Source: Minisyncoccota bacterium (GTDB taxonomy: Bacteria; Patescibacteriota; Minisyncoccia; UBA6257; XYB1-36-10). From it: 64,000 bases of DNA. A program made the translations under genes and the position numbers. The stretch is taken from assembly GCA_041651415.1 (NCBI GenBank), contig JBAZJH010000001.1, positions 215,713 through 279,712 on the forward strand, given 5' to 3'. The notes beneath the pieces were generated by a model, which ran no database searches, was not told the DNA's origin, and was given only the letters and a program-made list of their open reading frames with translations. Positions 10,174 through 18,892 of this stretch are shown piece by piece (position 1 is the first letter of the stretch; each line of letters starts with the position of its first letter).

Positions 10174-11430
10174 TTATTGCTGTTTAATTATTTCCAAAGC
10201 TTTTTCGAGCTGAGGGTCTTTCTTTTGTTCTTTGTCTTCTTCAGTAATTTCAACTTTATAATCAGGTTCAAGACCTTCTTCCTTTAAGATTTGTCCGCTC
10301 GGCAGGACCCACTCGGCGATAGTAAGTTTAACCATAGAGCCATCGGCCAAGTAATTGAGTTCCTGAACAGTTCCTTTGCCGAAAGTTTTCTCGCCGACTA
10401 ATTTCACGCCACGCAAATCGCGAAGAGCGCCGGCCAAAATTTCGGAAGCAGAAGCGGAACCCTTATTGACCAAGATTACCGTTGGAAAATTTTTCAACGC
10501 TTCATTGCCGGTAGCGACAAAATCGTCTTTTTTTCCGTCGCGGAAACGCTCACTGACAACCACTTTGCCATTTTCCACAAACCAGCCGGACAAACGAGTA
10601 GCCACCTCGAGATAACCACCTGGATTGTTTCTTAAATCAAGCACCAGGCCTTTGGCTCCGGAGAATAGCGACTTAATCATGGCTTCATAAAAAAGCGGAA
10701 GAGAATTTTCATTAAAACCCATCAATTTTACATAAGCGATATCCCCTTTCATTTCCCATTCAAGAGTCGGAACTTTTATCACTTCTCTTATAATAGAAAA
10801 ATCTTTTGCCTCTTTGAATCCATCGCGGAAAATAGAAAGAATAACCTTTGTGCCGACATCCCCTCTTATTTTTTTAACAGCAGAATTGGCATCCAAAGAA
10901 CTGATTTCTTCTCCATCTACTTTAAGAATAAAATCTCCAGCTAAAAGCCCGGCGCGTTCAGCAGGAGTATCTTTTAAAGGAGCAACAACAACTAAACGCC
11001 CATTTTTTGATTCAATCTCCATACCCACGCCGCCAAAAGAGCCTTTAACATCTTCTTCAAATTTTTGCGAATCCTCAGGAGGAAGAAAAACAGAATAAGG
11101 GTCTTTTAATGAAGAAACAAGCCCGGCCATGGCACCATACATTAAATCTTTATCTTTAACTTTTTCGCCGGCTATATGCTTTTCTTTAATCATTCCCCAA
11201 ACTTCCCAGAAAGGATTCAAGCTGATTCCTTCTTTATTTTCAACCCCTTCCCCGCCGGAAGTTTTTATTTCTTGAAACTTTTGCGCGCCAAAATAAAAAC
11301 CAAGATAGAAAGCGAAATAAACCGCAACAAAAGAAGCGGTGGAAGCGATAATAATTTTTTGATATCTTTTTCTTTTTTCGTCCATAAGTTTAGATTCTTT
11401 TATTTTAGCAAGGTAATTAAAAGCGAGCAA
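10174..11430 (-). CDS. ctpA: carboxyl-terminal processing protease (S41 family) with PDZ domain
   Basis: N-terminal transmembrane helix, PDZ region, S41 catalytic region (…[16 protein letters not shown]… and …[15 protein letters not shown]…). Confidence 0.85.
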   Translation of the reverse strand: MLAFNYLAKIKESKLMDEKRKRYQKIIIASTASFVAVYFAFYLGFYFGAQKFQEIKTSGGEGVENKEGISLNPFWEVWGMIKEKHIAGEKVKDKDLMYGAMAGLVSSLKDPYSVFLPPEDSQKFEEDVKGSFGGVGMEIESKNGRLVVVAPLKDTPAERAGLLAGDFILKVDGEEISSLDANSAVKKIRGDVGTKVILSIFRDGFKEAKDFSIIREVIKVPTLEWEMKGDIAYVKLMGFNENSLPLFYEAMIKSLFSGAKGLVLDLRNNPGGYLEVATRLSGWFVENGKVVVSERFRDGKKDDFVATGNEALKNFPTVILVNKGSASASEILAGALRDLRGVKLVGEKTFGKGTVQELNYLADGSMVKLTIAEWVLPSGQILKEEGLEPDYKVEITEEDKEQKKDPQLEKALEIIKQQ

Positions 11431-11470
11431 GCAGGTTGCTTTTAATGAAAGGCGAGATAAGATAAAAGCG

Positions 11471-11737
11471 ATGGAAGGCGTAGAAAAAGAAAAATACCTG
11501 GAAGAAATAAAAAAACGGAAGAAAAAATCCCGCGTTTATAAAAGATTCCAATTGATCGGACTTGAGATTGCCATGCATCTTGAAGACGAGAAGCACAAAT
11601 CGCTTTATATAAAAATGGCGAAATTCGGCGACTCGGATAAATTGCTCGCTCTTGCAAAAAATATCGGGGAGAATAAAAAAGCAAAAAATAAAGGAGCTTA
11701 TTTTATGAAAATGGCTATAAAAAAACTGGAAAAATGA
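11471..11737 (+). CDS. hypothetical small basic protein
   Basis: 88-aa K-rich ORF. Followed by mosaic repeat and hairpin+T-run terminator at ~11862-11895. Weak ribosome-binding site. Confidence 0.35.
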   Translation: MEGVEKEKYLEEIKKRKKKSRVYKRFQLIGLEIAMHLEDEKHKSLYIKMAKFGDSDKLLALAKNIGENKKAKNKGAYFMKMAIKKLEK

Positions 11738-11895
11738 AACTCCACGGCCTTACGGCCGTGGTATCCTGAGTTTCACCCCGCAGAAAGGCGGGGTTTATTA
11801 AATCTTTACCGCTTCATCCCCGCGCTAACGCGCGGGGTTTTTGCAAAGATTTAATAAATCCCCTTGGCGGAAAATTCCGTCAAGGGGTGTTTTTA
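11735..11895. repeat. intergenic mosaic palindromic repeat (modules A+B+C plus terminal hairpin)
   Basis: GAAACTCCACGGCCTTACGGCCGTGGTA, then GTTTCACCCCGCAGAAAGGCGGGGTTTATTAAATCT, then TTACCGC…CCCCGCGCTAACGCGCGGGG…AAAGATTTAATAAA. Ends with CCCCTTGGCGGAAAATTCCGTCAAGGGG and a T-run. Confidence 0.7.
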
Positions 11896-12036
11896 ATTTA
11901 AACTTATTCCTTTCTTTATTTCTTCGTTTTTAAAAAAATCAAAAATGTTTTTTATTTCCGCCTGAACTTTTTCAAGGACTTGATCCCAATCAAAACAATT
12001 GGGACAAACAAAAACAGAAGCTACCGATACGTTCAT
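11893..12036 (-). CDS. candidate small ORF (47 aa) with strong ribosome-binding site
   Basis: AAAAGGAGGAAGGAAATG places a near-perfect Shine-Dalgarno sequence 6 nt before the ATG. Encodes MNVSVASVFVCPNCFDWDQ…. Not in the six-frame track, which has a 60-aa cutoff. Confidence 0.25.
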   Translation of the reverse strand: MNVSVASVFVCPNCFDWDQVLEKVQAEIKNIFDFFKNEEIKKGISLN

Positions 12037-12062
12037 TTCCTTCCTCCTTTTTATGTTTATAT

Positions 12063-12091
12063 TTGCCAAAAAGCTTTTGATACAATAATAT
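12063..12091 (+). promoter_or_regulatory. sigma70-like promoter upstream of def (TTGCCA-17-TAATAT)
   Basis: The -35/-10 hexamers have 17-nt spacing. A conserved ATTCCGACCcAAGTCGGA hairpin follows at 12128-12146 in the leader. Confidence 0.3.
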
Positions 12092-12174
12092 AAAGAAAAG
12101 GAAAAGTAAAGATTTAATAATCAAGCGATTCCGACCCAAGTCGGAGCGCAAAGCGAAATTTATATAAATTTGGC

Positions 12175-12684
12175 ATGAAAATTCTAACGATTGAAAAAAG
12201 AGAGGAGGAAAAGTTTCTGCGGAAGAAAACCGCGGAGTTTGATTTTTCCAAGTTTTCCAAAAAAGAAATAAATGAACTTCTCAAGGAAATGAGGAAAACG
12301 ATGAAAGAGAAAGACGGAGTGGGGCTCGCCGCCAATCAAGCCGGTTTTCTTTTTTCCATGTTTGTGGCGGAATCCCCCGCGCAAGGCGCCACGAGAAAAA
12401 GATTTTACGCGGTGTTTAATCCGAAAATAGAAAAAGTTTCCAAAGAAACGGAAAAGGATATTGAAGGTTGCTTAAGCGTGCCGGAAGTGATGGGAGAAGT
12501 GGAAAGATATAAAAAAATAACCGTTTCGGGATTTGACAGAAACGGCAAAAAAACAAAATTAAAAGTTTTTGGGTATACGGCAAGAATTTTTCAACATGAA
12601 ATCGACCACTTGAACGGAATTCTTTTTATTGACCGAGCTTCAAAAAAATTCAAAGTAACGGGAGAAAAAGTGATGAGAGGATAA
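12175..12684 (+). CDS. def: peptide deformylase
   Basis: All three PDF motifs: GVGLAANQ (motif 1), EGCLSVPE (motif 2), QHEIDHLNG (motif 3). Confidence 0.9.
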   Translation: MKILTIEKREEEKFLRKKTAEFDFSKFSKKEINELLKEMRKTMKEKDGVGLAANQAGFLFSMFVAESPAQGATRKRFYAVFNPKIEKVSKETEKDIEGCLSVPEVMGEVERYKKITVSGFDRNGKKTKLKVFGYTARIFQHEIDHLNGILFIDRASKKFKVTGEKVMRG

Positions 12685-12731
12685 AAATAAAAATATTAAT
12701 ACTTAATAATACATTGTAGTGACGCATTAGA

Positions 12732-12917
12732 CTAGTTTGATTCAAGAGGTGGTGAAAACTTTATTATTTTTTCCTCAATAGAAAGAGGTTGAGATTTGAT
12801 TTTGTTTTCTCTATCTTTTTTAACTATTCTCTCTGATTCAGAAATTGTTATTCTTATTTTTATATCTTGATTATTAGGAGAAATTGCCATTATGTTTTTT
12901 AATGAATGATATTGCAT
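12732..12917 (-). CDS. small hypothetical protein inside AT-rich insertion
   Basis: 61-aa ORF 12 nt downstream of the ClpP-like gene on the same strand. Same AT-rich codon usage as its neighbour. Confidence 0.3.
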   Translation of the reverse strand: MQYHSLKNIMAISPNNQDIKIRITISESERIVKKDRENKIKSQPLSIEEKIIKFSPPLESN

Positions 12918-12929
12918 ATTATTTAAGTT

Positions 12930-13862
12930 TTAATTTATTTCAGTATTAGCTAATTTAGATTCTTTTAATACAAAATCAATATAAACGTTTTCTTTACCCA
13001 AAACAAAATTATTTGATATTTGATTTAAAGTTTGTTCATATTCATTACCAAATTCTGTTGATTTTTTAATATTCGATAAAAATCTAGAAATTAAATCATA
13101 GTCAATTACATATCCATGATCAGGACAACCATTAACTAAATAATCAACGAGTATATTTTTATTTTCGTTTGAAATATCAGGATTGTAAAGTGATAAAATT
13201 CTTCGAGCATATTGTTCACCAATATCTAATTTTCTATTTTTATCTCCTATTTTGTACGGATTTATTTGTTTTAAGAGTGGTTCGTAAAATTTTGCTAAAT
13301 AATCAAGAATTTGTTTAGAAAGTTCATTTTTATTAATATGAATAAGATCACTCGTGTATAAGTCGGTAAACATTTTTAAATATAATTCTCGCGAACGAGT
13401 TTCTATTCTATTTAGTGAGTTTTCATCTATTAATGCACTTTCACTTTCAATATCTGGTCTATCATCTAATTCCTTTGGAATTTGCACATCTATCGGACCA
13501 AATTCACCGAACTCATCCATTATAATTTGAGAACCCCCTAACGAAAGTAATGTAGCGGCACTTTTTGCCCAAAAAGGTACAATAATATTTACTTTTGAAA
13601 AGTTTTTTCGAAGAGTCCTGATAATCCTATAAGCATCATCAGCACTTCCACCTGGTGAGTTTATAATAAAATCAATTTCATTAGAGAGAGGATTATCAAA
13701 TTTAAATTGTTGAATTTTTCCTCTTAATTTCATGAGAGTTTTAGGATTAATAACCTCAACAAATAGAAATTGCGGAATTTTCCTAATCTCTGATAGTTTT
13801 TTAATAAGTGATATGATTTCATCCATATGCCTAAAGTTTACATTGAGTGAAGCGAAATGCAA
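12930..13862 (-). CDS. ClpP/S49-fold serine peptidase-like protein (SDH/ClpP-class N-domain plus unknown C-domain)
   Basis: N-domain has IINSPGGSADDAYRIIRTL and …FWAKSAATLLSLGG…, which parallel the ClpP/SppA oxyanion and Ser regions. ~180-aa C-terminal extension of unknown function. Strongly AT-biased codons unlike the flanking def/fmt. Confidence 0.55.
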   Translation of the reverse strand: MHFASLNVNFRHMDEIISLIKKLSEIRKIPQFLFVEVINPKTLMKLRGKIQQFKFDNPLSNEIDFIINSPGGSADDAYRIIRTLRKNFSKVNIIVPFWAKSAATLLSLGGSQIIMDEFGEFGPIDVQIPKELDDRPDIESESALIDENSLNRIETRSRELYLKMFTDLYTSDLIHINKNELSKQILDYLAKFYEPLLKQINPYKIGDKNRKLDIGEQYARRILSLYNPDISNENKNILVDYLVNGCPDHGYVIDYDLISRFLSNIKKSTEFGNEYEQTLNQISNNFVLGKENVYIDFVLKESKLANTEIN

Positions 13863-14730
13863 ACTAGAGTGAAGCTCGATGAAATATTACTTATAACATC
13901 CATTATTTATAAGCTTTTTTTGGTTTTTTTGGCTCATTTTAGATAATAATTAGGTGTAGTGCTTGACATATTATTTAAAGTATGATATATTATATTTATA
14001 ATTAAAAGTTCTTTAAAAATAAGTAAAGTTTCCTACATAGCTTTGAGTTGATTATTTTAGTCACCTGCAAGCTGTGTGGGAAAATTTTCTCATTCAGCCA
14101 AACTATAGGTTGGCCGCTAATAACCTACTAAAAAAGCGGAGAAAAAAATGAGAATCGTATTGAATACGAAAATTAGCGTTGGTTTTTTGGGGGGGAGTTG
14201 CCGGGAATTTGGTCCAGAAGCAAATTTTTTTCCCGAGAAATGCGTTTGCAAATCGTGGGGAGTAATTGCAAGCGGATCAATGACGCCCACTGGCAAGGGC
14301 TCAGAAACAAAAGAGCCCTACAAAATATATCTCCCATGGCACGTGATTATGTCGATGAATGAGACATATTAATTAGTAGCATACATCAATCCCTGCACAA
14401 AGGTTCTAATCCTGCGTGTAGGGGTTTTTCTTTCCCAAAAAAACTAAAAAGAGCTCAATTTAAAAATAGAAATTATAAACAATATTTTATCGGGCGCAGC
14501 CAGATATACGGTGTTAGATAATGTAGCGACTGCAAGGAGCTATTTTATCTAACTCGTTTATATGCGAAGTGTTTTCGTATATTAAACACAATAATGCACT
14601 TTTTGCGAATATTGTGTATGATTTAGTTATACTAAAAATATCAATGAGCGTCTATTTAAAAAACTTGAATATGAATCGCAGCTTCGCAAATTTAGCTTTA
14701 AAACTATAAAAAATCCTTTAATATAAAATT

Positions 14731-15594
14731 ATGAAATTCGTATTTTGGGGGACACCGAGGTTTGCGGAAATTGTTCTAAAGGAACTGCTCCAGGCGGGAT
14801 TCAAGCCGGAGACAGTGGTTTGCAATCCTGACCGATTAGTCGGAAGAAAAAAAATACTCACTCCCCCGCCAGTAAAGATATTAGCGGAAGAAAAAGGCAT
14901 AAAAGTTTTTCAGCCGGAAATTTTAGATGAAAATTTTATAGAAGAACTGAAAAAAATAAATCCGGATTTTTTTGCGGTGGCGGCTTACGCCAAAATAATT
15001 CCGAAAGAAATCTTGGAAATTCCCCGACTCGGTTCGATAGGAATTCATCCATCGCTATTGCCGGATTTAAGAGGAGCAACTCCTATACAAACCGCCATTA
15101 TAAAGGGCTATAAAGAATCGGGAGTGTCTTTATACTTAATGGATGAAAAGATGGACCATGGGCCAATTTTAGGGCAAAAAGGGGTGATTTTGGAGACAAA
15201 AGGGCAAAAAATGGGCTATTTAGAAGCGGAAAAAGCTTTAGGAGAAGAGGGAGGAAAGCTGATAGCTAAAATCCTGCCTGATTTTATAAACGGCAAAATA
15301 GAGCCGAAAGAACAAAATCACGAAAAAGCCACTTTCACTAAAAAAATAAAGACCGAAGACGGATTGGTTGAGATTGAAGATTTAAAAGAAGCTCTAAACG
15401 GAAATCCGGAAAAAGCGAAAGAAATAGAGAAAAAGATTTTAGCGTTTAATCCGGAACCGGGAGTTTATGTTTTAAATCCAAAAAGAATAAAACTTTTGGA
15501 GGCAGAGATAAAAGAAGAGATATTAGTTTTAAAGAAAATCCAAATAGAAGGGAAAAAGCCGGTGGAAAAGTTCAGTATTGATATTTTTAAGTGA
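14731..15594 (+). CDS. fmt: methionyl-tRNA formyltransferase
   Basis: FWGTPRFA N-terminus, formyltransferase core (IHPSLLPDLRGATPIQTAI), C-terminal Fmt domain. Confidence 0.9.
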   Translation: MKFVFWGTPRFAEIVLKELLQAGFKPETVVCNPDRLVGRKKILTPPPVKILAEEKGIKVFQPEILDENFIEELKKINPDFFAVAAYAKIIPKEILEIPRLGSIGIHPSLLPDLRGATPIQTAIIKGYKESGVSLYLMDEKMDHGPILGQKGVILETKGQKMGYLEAEKALGEEGGKLIAKILPDFINGKIEPKEQNHEKATFTKKIKTEDGLVEIEDLKEALNGNPEKAKEIEKKILAFNPEPGVYVLNPKRIKLLEAEIKEEILVLKKIQIEGKKPVEKFSIDIFK

Positions 15595-15891
15595 AGAGAT
15601 TTAATTAAAGAAGAACGGGGGTGGAATTTCTCCTGTCGGTGTTTGGGATGTAGGCAAGTGTTATAGTTTGGTTTTTGCACTTTTTTCTTTCAGCAGGCGA
15701 AGAGCAGACGCCTGCTTTTTTTGCCTCTTGCTTTATTATCGGTTTTAGGTTATAATGACCTTGGTTTGTGGTAAGAGTTTCTCAAAGTGCTTTTTCTAAC
15801 AAATCTGGCATTTTAAAAAAGTTCCGGATAAAAGTAAAAAGCGGCCGAGAGGGGGTCGCCTTACGCAATCTAAAATAAGAATTATATAAAA

Positions 15892-16149
15892 GTGAATAAG
15901 AAATTATTTATCGGAGGCCTTCCTTGGAAAGTTACCGATAAAGATTTGTCTGACGCTTTCAGCGAAGCCGGCACAGTTGAATCAGCTTCCGTCGTCATTG
16001 ATAAAATGACAGGACGTTCAAGAGGATTCGGATTTGTGGAAATGGCTACTGAGGAAGACGCCCAGAAAGCCATCGAAATGTGGAATGGCAGAGAAATGGG
16101 AGGAAGAAACCTCGTAGTCAACGAAGCTAAACCGAAAGTGGAAAGATAA
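15892..16149 (+). CDS. RRM-type RNA-binding protein
   Basis: RNP-2 (LFIGGL) and RNP-1 (RGFGFVEM) motifs. 85 aa. Hairpin+T-run terminator at 16162-16188. Confidence 0.85.
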   Translation: MNKKLFIGGLPWKVTDKDLSDAFSEAGTVESASVVIDKMTGRSRGFGFVEMATEEDAQKAIEMWNGREMGGRNLVVNEAKPKVER

Positions 16150-16361
16150 GCTAAAAAAATACCCTGACGAAAGTCGGGGTGTTTTTTTAAAATAGATGGC
16201 CCCAGGGTTCCAGTCTGGGGCCTTCATGCATTCTCGGGAGAATGCATGATGTACCGCTTTTATTAAAACAGAAAGAAATAGAAAAAGCAAGAAGTTTTCC
16301 ACAGGACAAAAAAAGAGGAAAACCTTTACTTTTCTAAAAAAATAAAATAGAATGAAAATCA

Positions 16362-16490
16362 GCATAACCGTTTGCCCCTCCTTATCCTATTCTCACTCCT
16401 GGAGCTCTAGGGAGCCCCGGCAAACGTTTACCTCTTGCCCCGAATGAGAGTCCCCTCACTCTAGTTCGGGGCTTTTTTTTAATAAATCTC
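16362..16490 (+). ncRNA. candidate small structured RNA (unclassified)
   Basis: Putative TTTACT-17-TAGAAT promoter at ~16325-16355. Long imperfect hairpin CCGTTTGCCCC…GGCAAACG. Terminal GCCCCGAA…TTCGGGGC + T8 terminator on the plus strand. No coding signal. Confidence 0.25.
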
Positions 16491-16502
16491 CACTATAAGG
16501 TT

Positions 16503-16925
16503 TTATTCGGATATTTTATTGGGGGCCGAAGAAGACGGCTTGATTTGAACCGAGTCAGCTATAAAACTTCCGTCGGAATTTGATTTTCCGGAAACTGAAA
16601 CATTACCGCCGACTATTAAATCCCCTTTTTCGCCTTCAGCTGATTTTAGAATCGAAGCGGAAGCGGGAGTAAAAACAATTTTTGAACCGCCGGTTGGAAG
16701 TTTAACGATTATGCTTTCTTCATCCTTAGAAATTATTTCACCCGTTATCATTACGCTATTTTGATTTTTAACGCCACCCGAAAAACCGGACCCAGGGAGA
16801 CGAGCTTGCAGATTGCCGGTGAAAGCAGCCGTTCTTTTTGATTCGCCATATTTAACTCCGGAATAAAACAAACCGATTCCTAAAAGAACGGCGGCGATTG
16901 ATAATAAATAAATATTTTTTTTCAT
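16503..16925 (-). CDS. secreted/lipoprotein-like protein of unknown function (last gene of efflux operon)
   Basis: Signal peptide MKKNIYLLSIAAVLLGIGLFYSG, G/S-rich mature part. Same strand as and contiguous with the ABC permease. Confidence 0.5.
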   Translation of the reverse strand: MKKNIYLLSIAAVLLGIGLFYSGVKYGESKRTAAFTGNLQARLPGSGFSGGVKNQNSVMITGEIISKDEESIIVKLPTGGSKIVFTPASASILKSAEGEKGDLIVGGNVSVSGKSNSDGSFIADSVQIKPSSSAPNKISE

Positions 16926-16949
16926 ATCTTTTTAAAATTAATTTTAAAA

Positions 16950-18173
16950 TTATTCGTAGCGCAAGGCCTCAATAGGATTAAGTTCGGAGGCGCGGCGCGC
17001 CGGATAATAACCGAAAGTTATGCCGATGGCGGCGGAAACGCCAAAGGCAATTAAAACGGAATAGAAAGAAACGCTGGTTTCAACTAAATCTAAATAAGAA
17101 ACAAAGAAAGAAACCAGCCAGCCCAAAATTACCCCGATAACTCCGCCGATAAAAGTTAAAGTGATGGCTTCAGCAAGAAATTGGATGCTAATATCTTTCT
17201 TTTTAGCGCCGATGGCTTTTCTCAAACCGATTTCCCTTGTTCTTTCCGTAACAGTGGTGAGCATCATATTCATAATGCCGATACCGCCAACTATAAGAGA
17301 AATACCGGCGACAGCGGCAAGAAGAATAGTGAAAGTTTCTGTGACACTGGAAGCGGTTTCAACCATATCCGCCTGATTCATAACCCGAAAATCAGCAGAT
17401 TCCGCATTTGTAATTTTATGGCGTTTCAAGAGAAGAGCGGTTATCTCTTCTTCAAGAGCAGTCATTGATTCGGAATCATAAGCTTCGGCATAAATGGAAG
17501 AAAGATGATTATCTCCCGCTAAAAATTTTTGGGCAGTGGAAAGCGGAATATAAATCATATCATCTTGATTGTTCATGCCGCTGCCGCCTTTGGTTTCCGT
17601 TATGCCGATAATTTTGAATTCCATACCATTTATTTTTACGGTTTTCCCGACAACGTCCGAAGCTCCTTCACCAAAAAGGTCGTCTCGAGCAGTGGGACCA
17701 AGAACGGCAACTTTGGAAAAAATTTTTTCATTTTGTTCGGAGATAAAGTTTCCTTCACTTGTTTCAATATTGCGAACGGAAGGATAGGAAGTGGAGACAC
17801 CGACAATGGAAGTATTGGTATTTTTTCCTTTAGAAACAACCTGATAACGGGAAGAAAGTTCCGGGGAAACAGCTCTAACAAGTTCAAGCTCGGCTACTGC
17901 GTCGGAGTCTTCTTTTGTTAATGTAGTGGAAGAACCGCGGCTGGAACTCGCCTGATAGCCAATTGATTTTTGCATTCCAGGCATAACGGTAATTAAATTG
18001 GAACCGGCTGATTCTATTTTTTCTTCCACTGAATTTTGCGCTCCTTCGCCGATAGCGACCATAGCAATAACAGAACTAATGCCGATAACAATGCCAAGAA
18101 TAGTAAGACTCGACCTGACTTTGTTAGCCGAGATAGCGATTAGCGTTTCTTCAAATAAATCCCAAATAGTCAT
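16950..18173 (-). CDS. ABC transporter permease, MacB/FtsX family
   Basis: N-terminal transmembrane helix, large periplasmic MacB-like domain, C-terminal FtsX-type 3-TM bundle. Confidence 0.85.
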   Translation of the reverse strand: MTIWDLFEETLIAISANKVRSSLTILGIVIGISSVIAMVAIGEGAQNSVEEKIESAGSNLITVMPGMQKSIGYQASSSRGSSTTLTKEDSDAVAELELVRAVSPELSSRYQVVSKGKNTNTSIVGVSTSYPSVRNIETSEGNFISEQNEKIFSKVAVLGPTARDDLFGEGASDVVGKTVKINGMEFKIIGITETKGGSGMNNQDDMIYIPLSTAQKFLAGDNHLSSIYAEAYDSESMTALEEEITALLLKRHKITNAESADFRVMNQADMVETASSVTETFTILLAAVAGISLIVGGIGIMNMMLTTVTERTREIGLRKAIGAKKKDISIQFLAEAITLTFIGGVIGVILGWLVSFFVSYLDLVETSVSFYSVLIAFGVSAAIGITFGYYPARRASELNPIEALRYE

Positions 18174-18174
18174 T

Positions 18175-18882
18175 TTAGTTTTTTTTAATTATTCTTTTCT
18201 GATGCTGTTTGGAATCTTCCACAATGACTCCGTCTTTAATATAAATAATGCGTTCGGCGTGTTCCGCCACATCCGATTCGTGAGTGATTAAGATAATGGT
18301 TCTTTTTTCTTCTTCGTTTAATTTTTGAAAAGAGCCGAGAACTATTTCTCCGGTTTTTGAATCCAGATTGCCAGTCGGCTCATCCGCCAGAATTATTGCC
18401 GGGTCATTAACAAGAGCTCTTGCAATCGCCACTCTTTGAATTTGTCCGCCGGAAAGCTGATTGGAAAGATGATAAAAAAAATCTTTGTCCAAACCGGCGG
18501 ATTCCAGCGCTTTTTTAGCTTTCTCTTCCCTTCTTTCTTTAGAGAGTCCGGCATAAATCAAAGGAAGACAAACATTTCTTAAAACAGAAGTCCTCGGCAA
18601 AAGATTAAAAGATTGGAAAACAAAACCGATTTGGTTTTTTCTGATATCAGCCAATTCGTCATCAGTCAATTTGCTCATATCTTTTCCGTTCAAAAAATAA
18701 GAACCGTTAGTCGGCGTGTCCAAAGCTCCAAGAATGTGCATAAGAGTCGATTTGCCACTGCCGGAAGGTCCCATAATCGCCACAAATTCCCCTTCTTTTA
18801 TTTTGAAGCTAACTCCCCGTAGCGCCTGATAATCAAAATCGCCGGTTTTATATGTTTTTTCCACGTCTTTTATCTCAATCAT
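18175..18882 (-). CDS. ABC transporter ATP-binding protein (MacB/LolD-type)
   Basis: Walker A GPSGSGKST, signature LSGGQIQRVAIARAL, Walker B ILADEPTGNLD. Confidence 0.9.
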   Translation of the reverse strand: MIEIKDVEKTYKTGDFDYQALRGVSFKIKEGEFVAIMGPSGSGKSTLMHILGALDTPTNGSYFLNGKDMSKLTDDELADIRKNQIGFVFQSFNLLPRTSVLRNVCLPLIYAGLSKERREEKAKKALESAGLDKDFFYHLSNQLSGGQIQRVAIARALVNDPAIILADEPTGNLDSKTGEIVLGSFQKLNEEEKRTIILITHESDVAEHAERIIYIKDGVIVEDSKQHQKRIIKKN

Positions 18883-18892
18883 TTTTTTATTT

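Noticed and set aside
14384-14420. Possible tRNA 3' fragment (GGTTCTAATCC T-loop-like) in the def-fmt insertion
   Set aside because: I could not fold a convincing T-arm plus acceptor stem by hand. It is kept only as a weak hint of an attachment-site remnant, noted in a finding.
16018-16365. 115-aa minus-strand ORF and 79-aa ORF (15882-16121) around the RRM gene
   Set aside because: They overlap the well-supported RRM gene or the hairpin-rich non-coding region. No ribosome-binding site. Low-complexity F/L-rich translation.
16362-16490. Identifying the candidate small RNA as SRP RNA, 6S RNA, tmRNA or RNase P RNA
   Set aside because: It lacks the SRP domain IV GGAAGCAGC-type motif, the tmRNA tRNA-like 3' end and the RNase P conserved regions. 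Its size is incompatible with RNase P or tmRNA.
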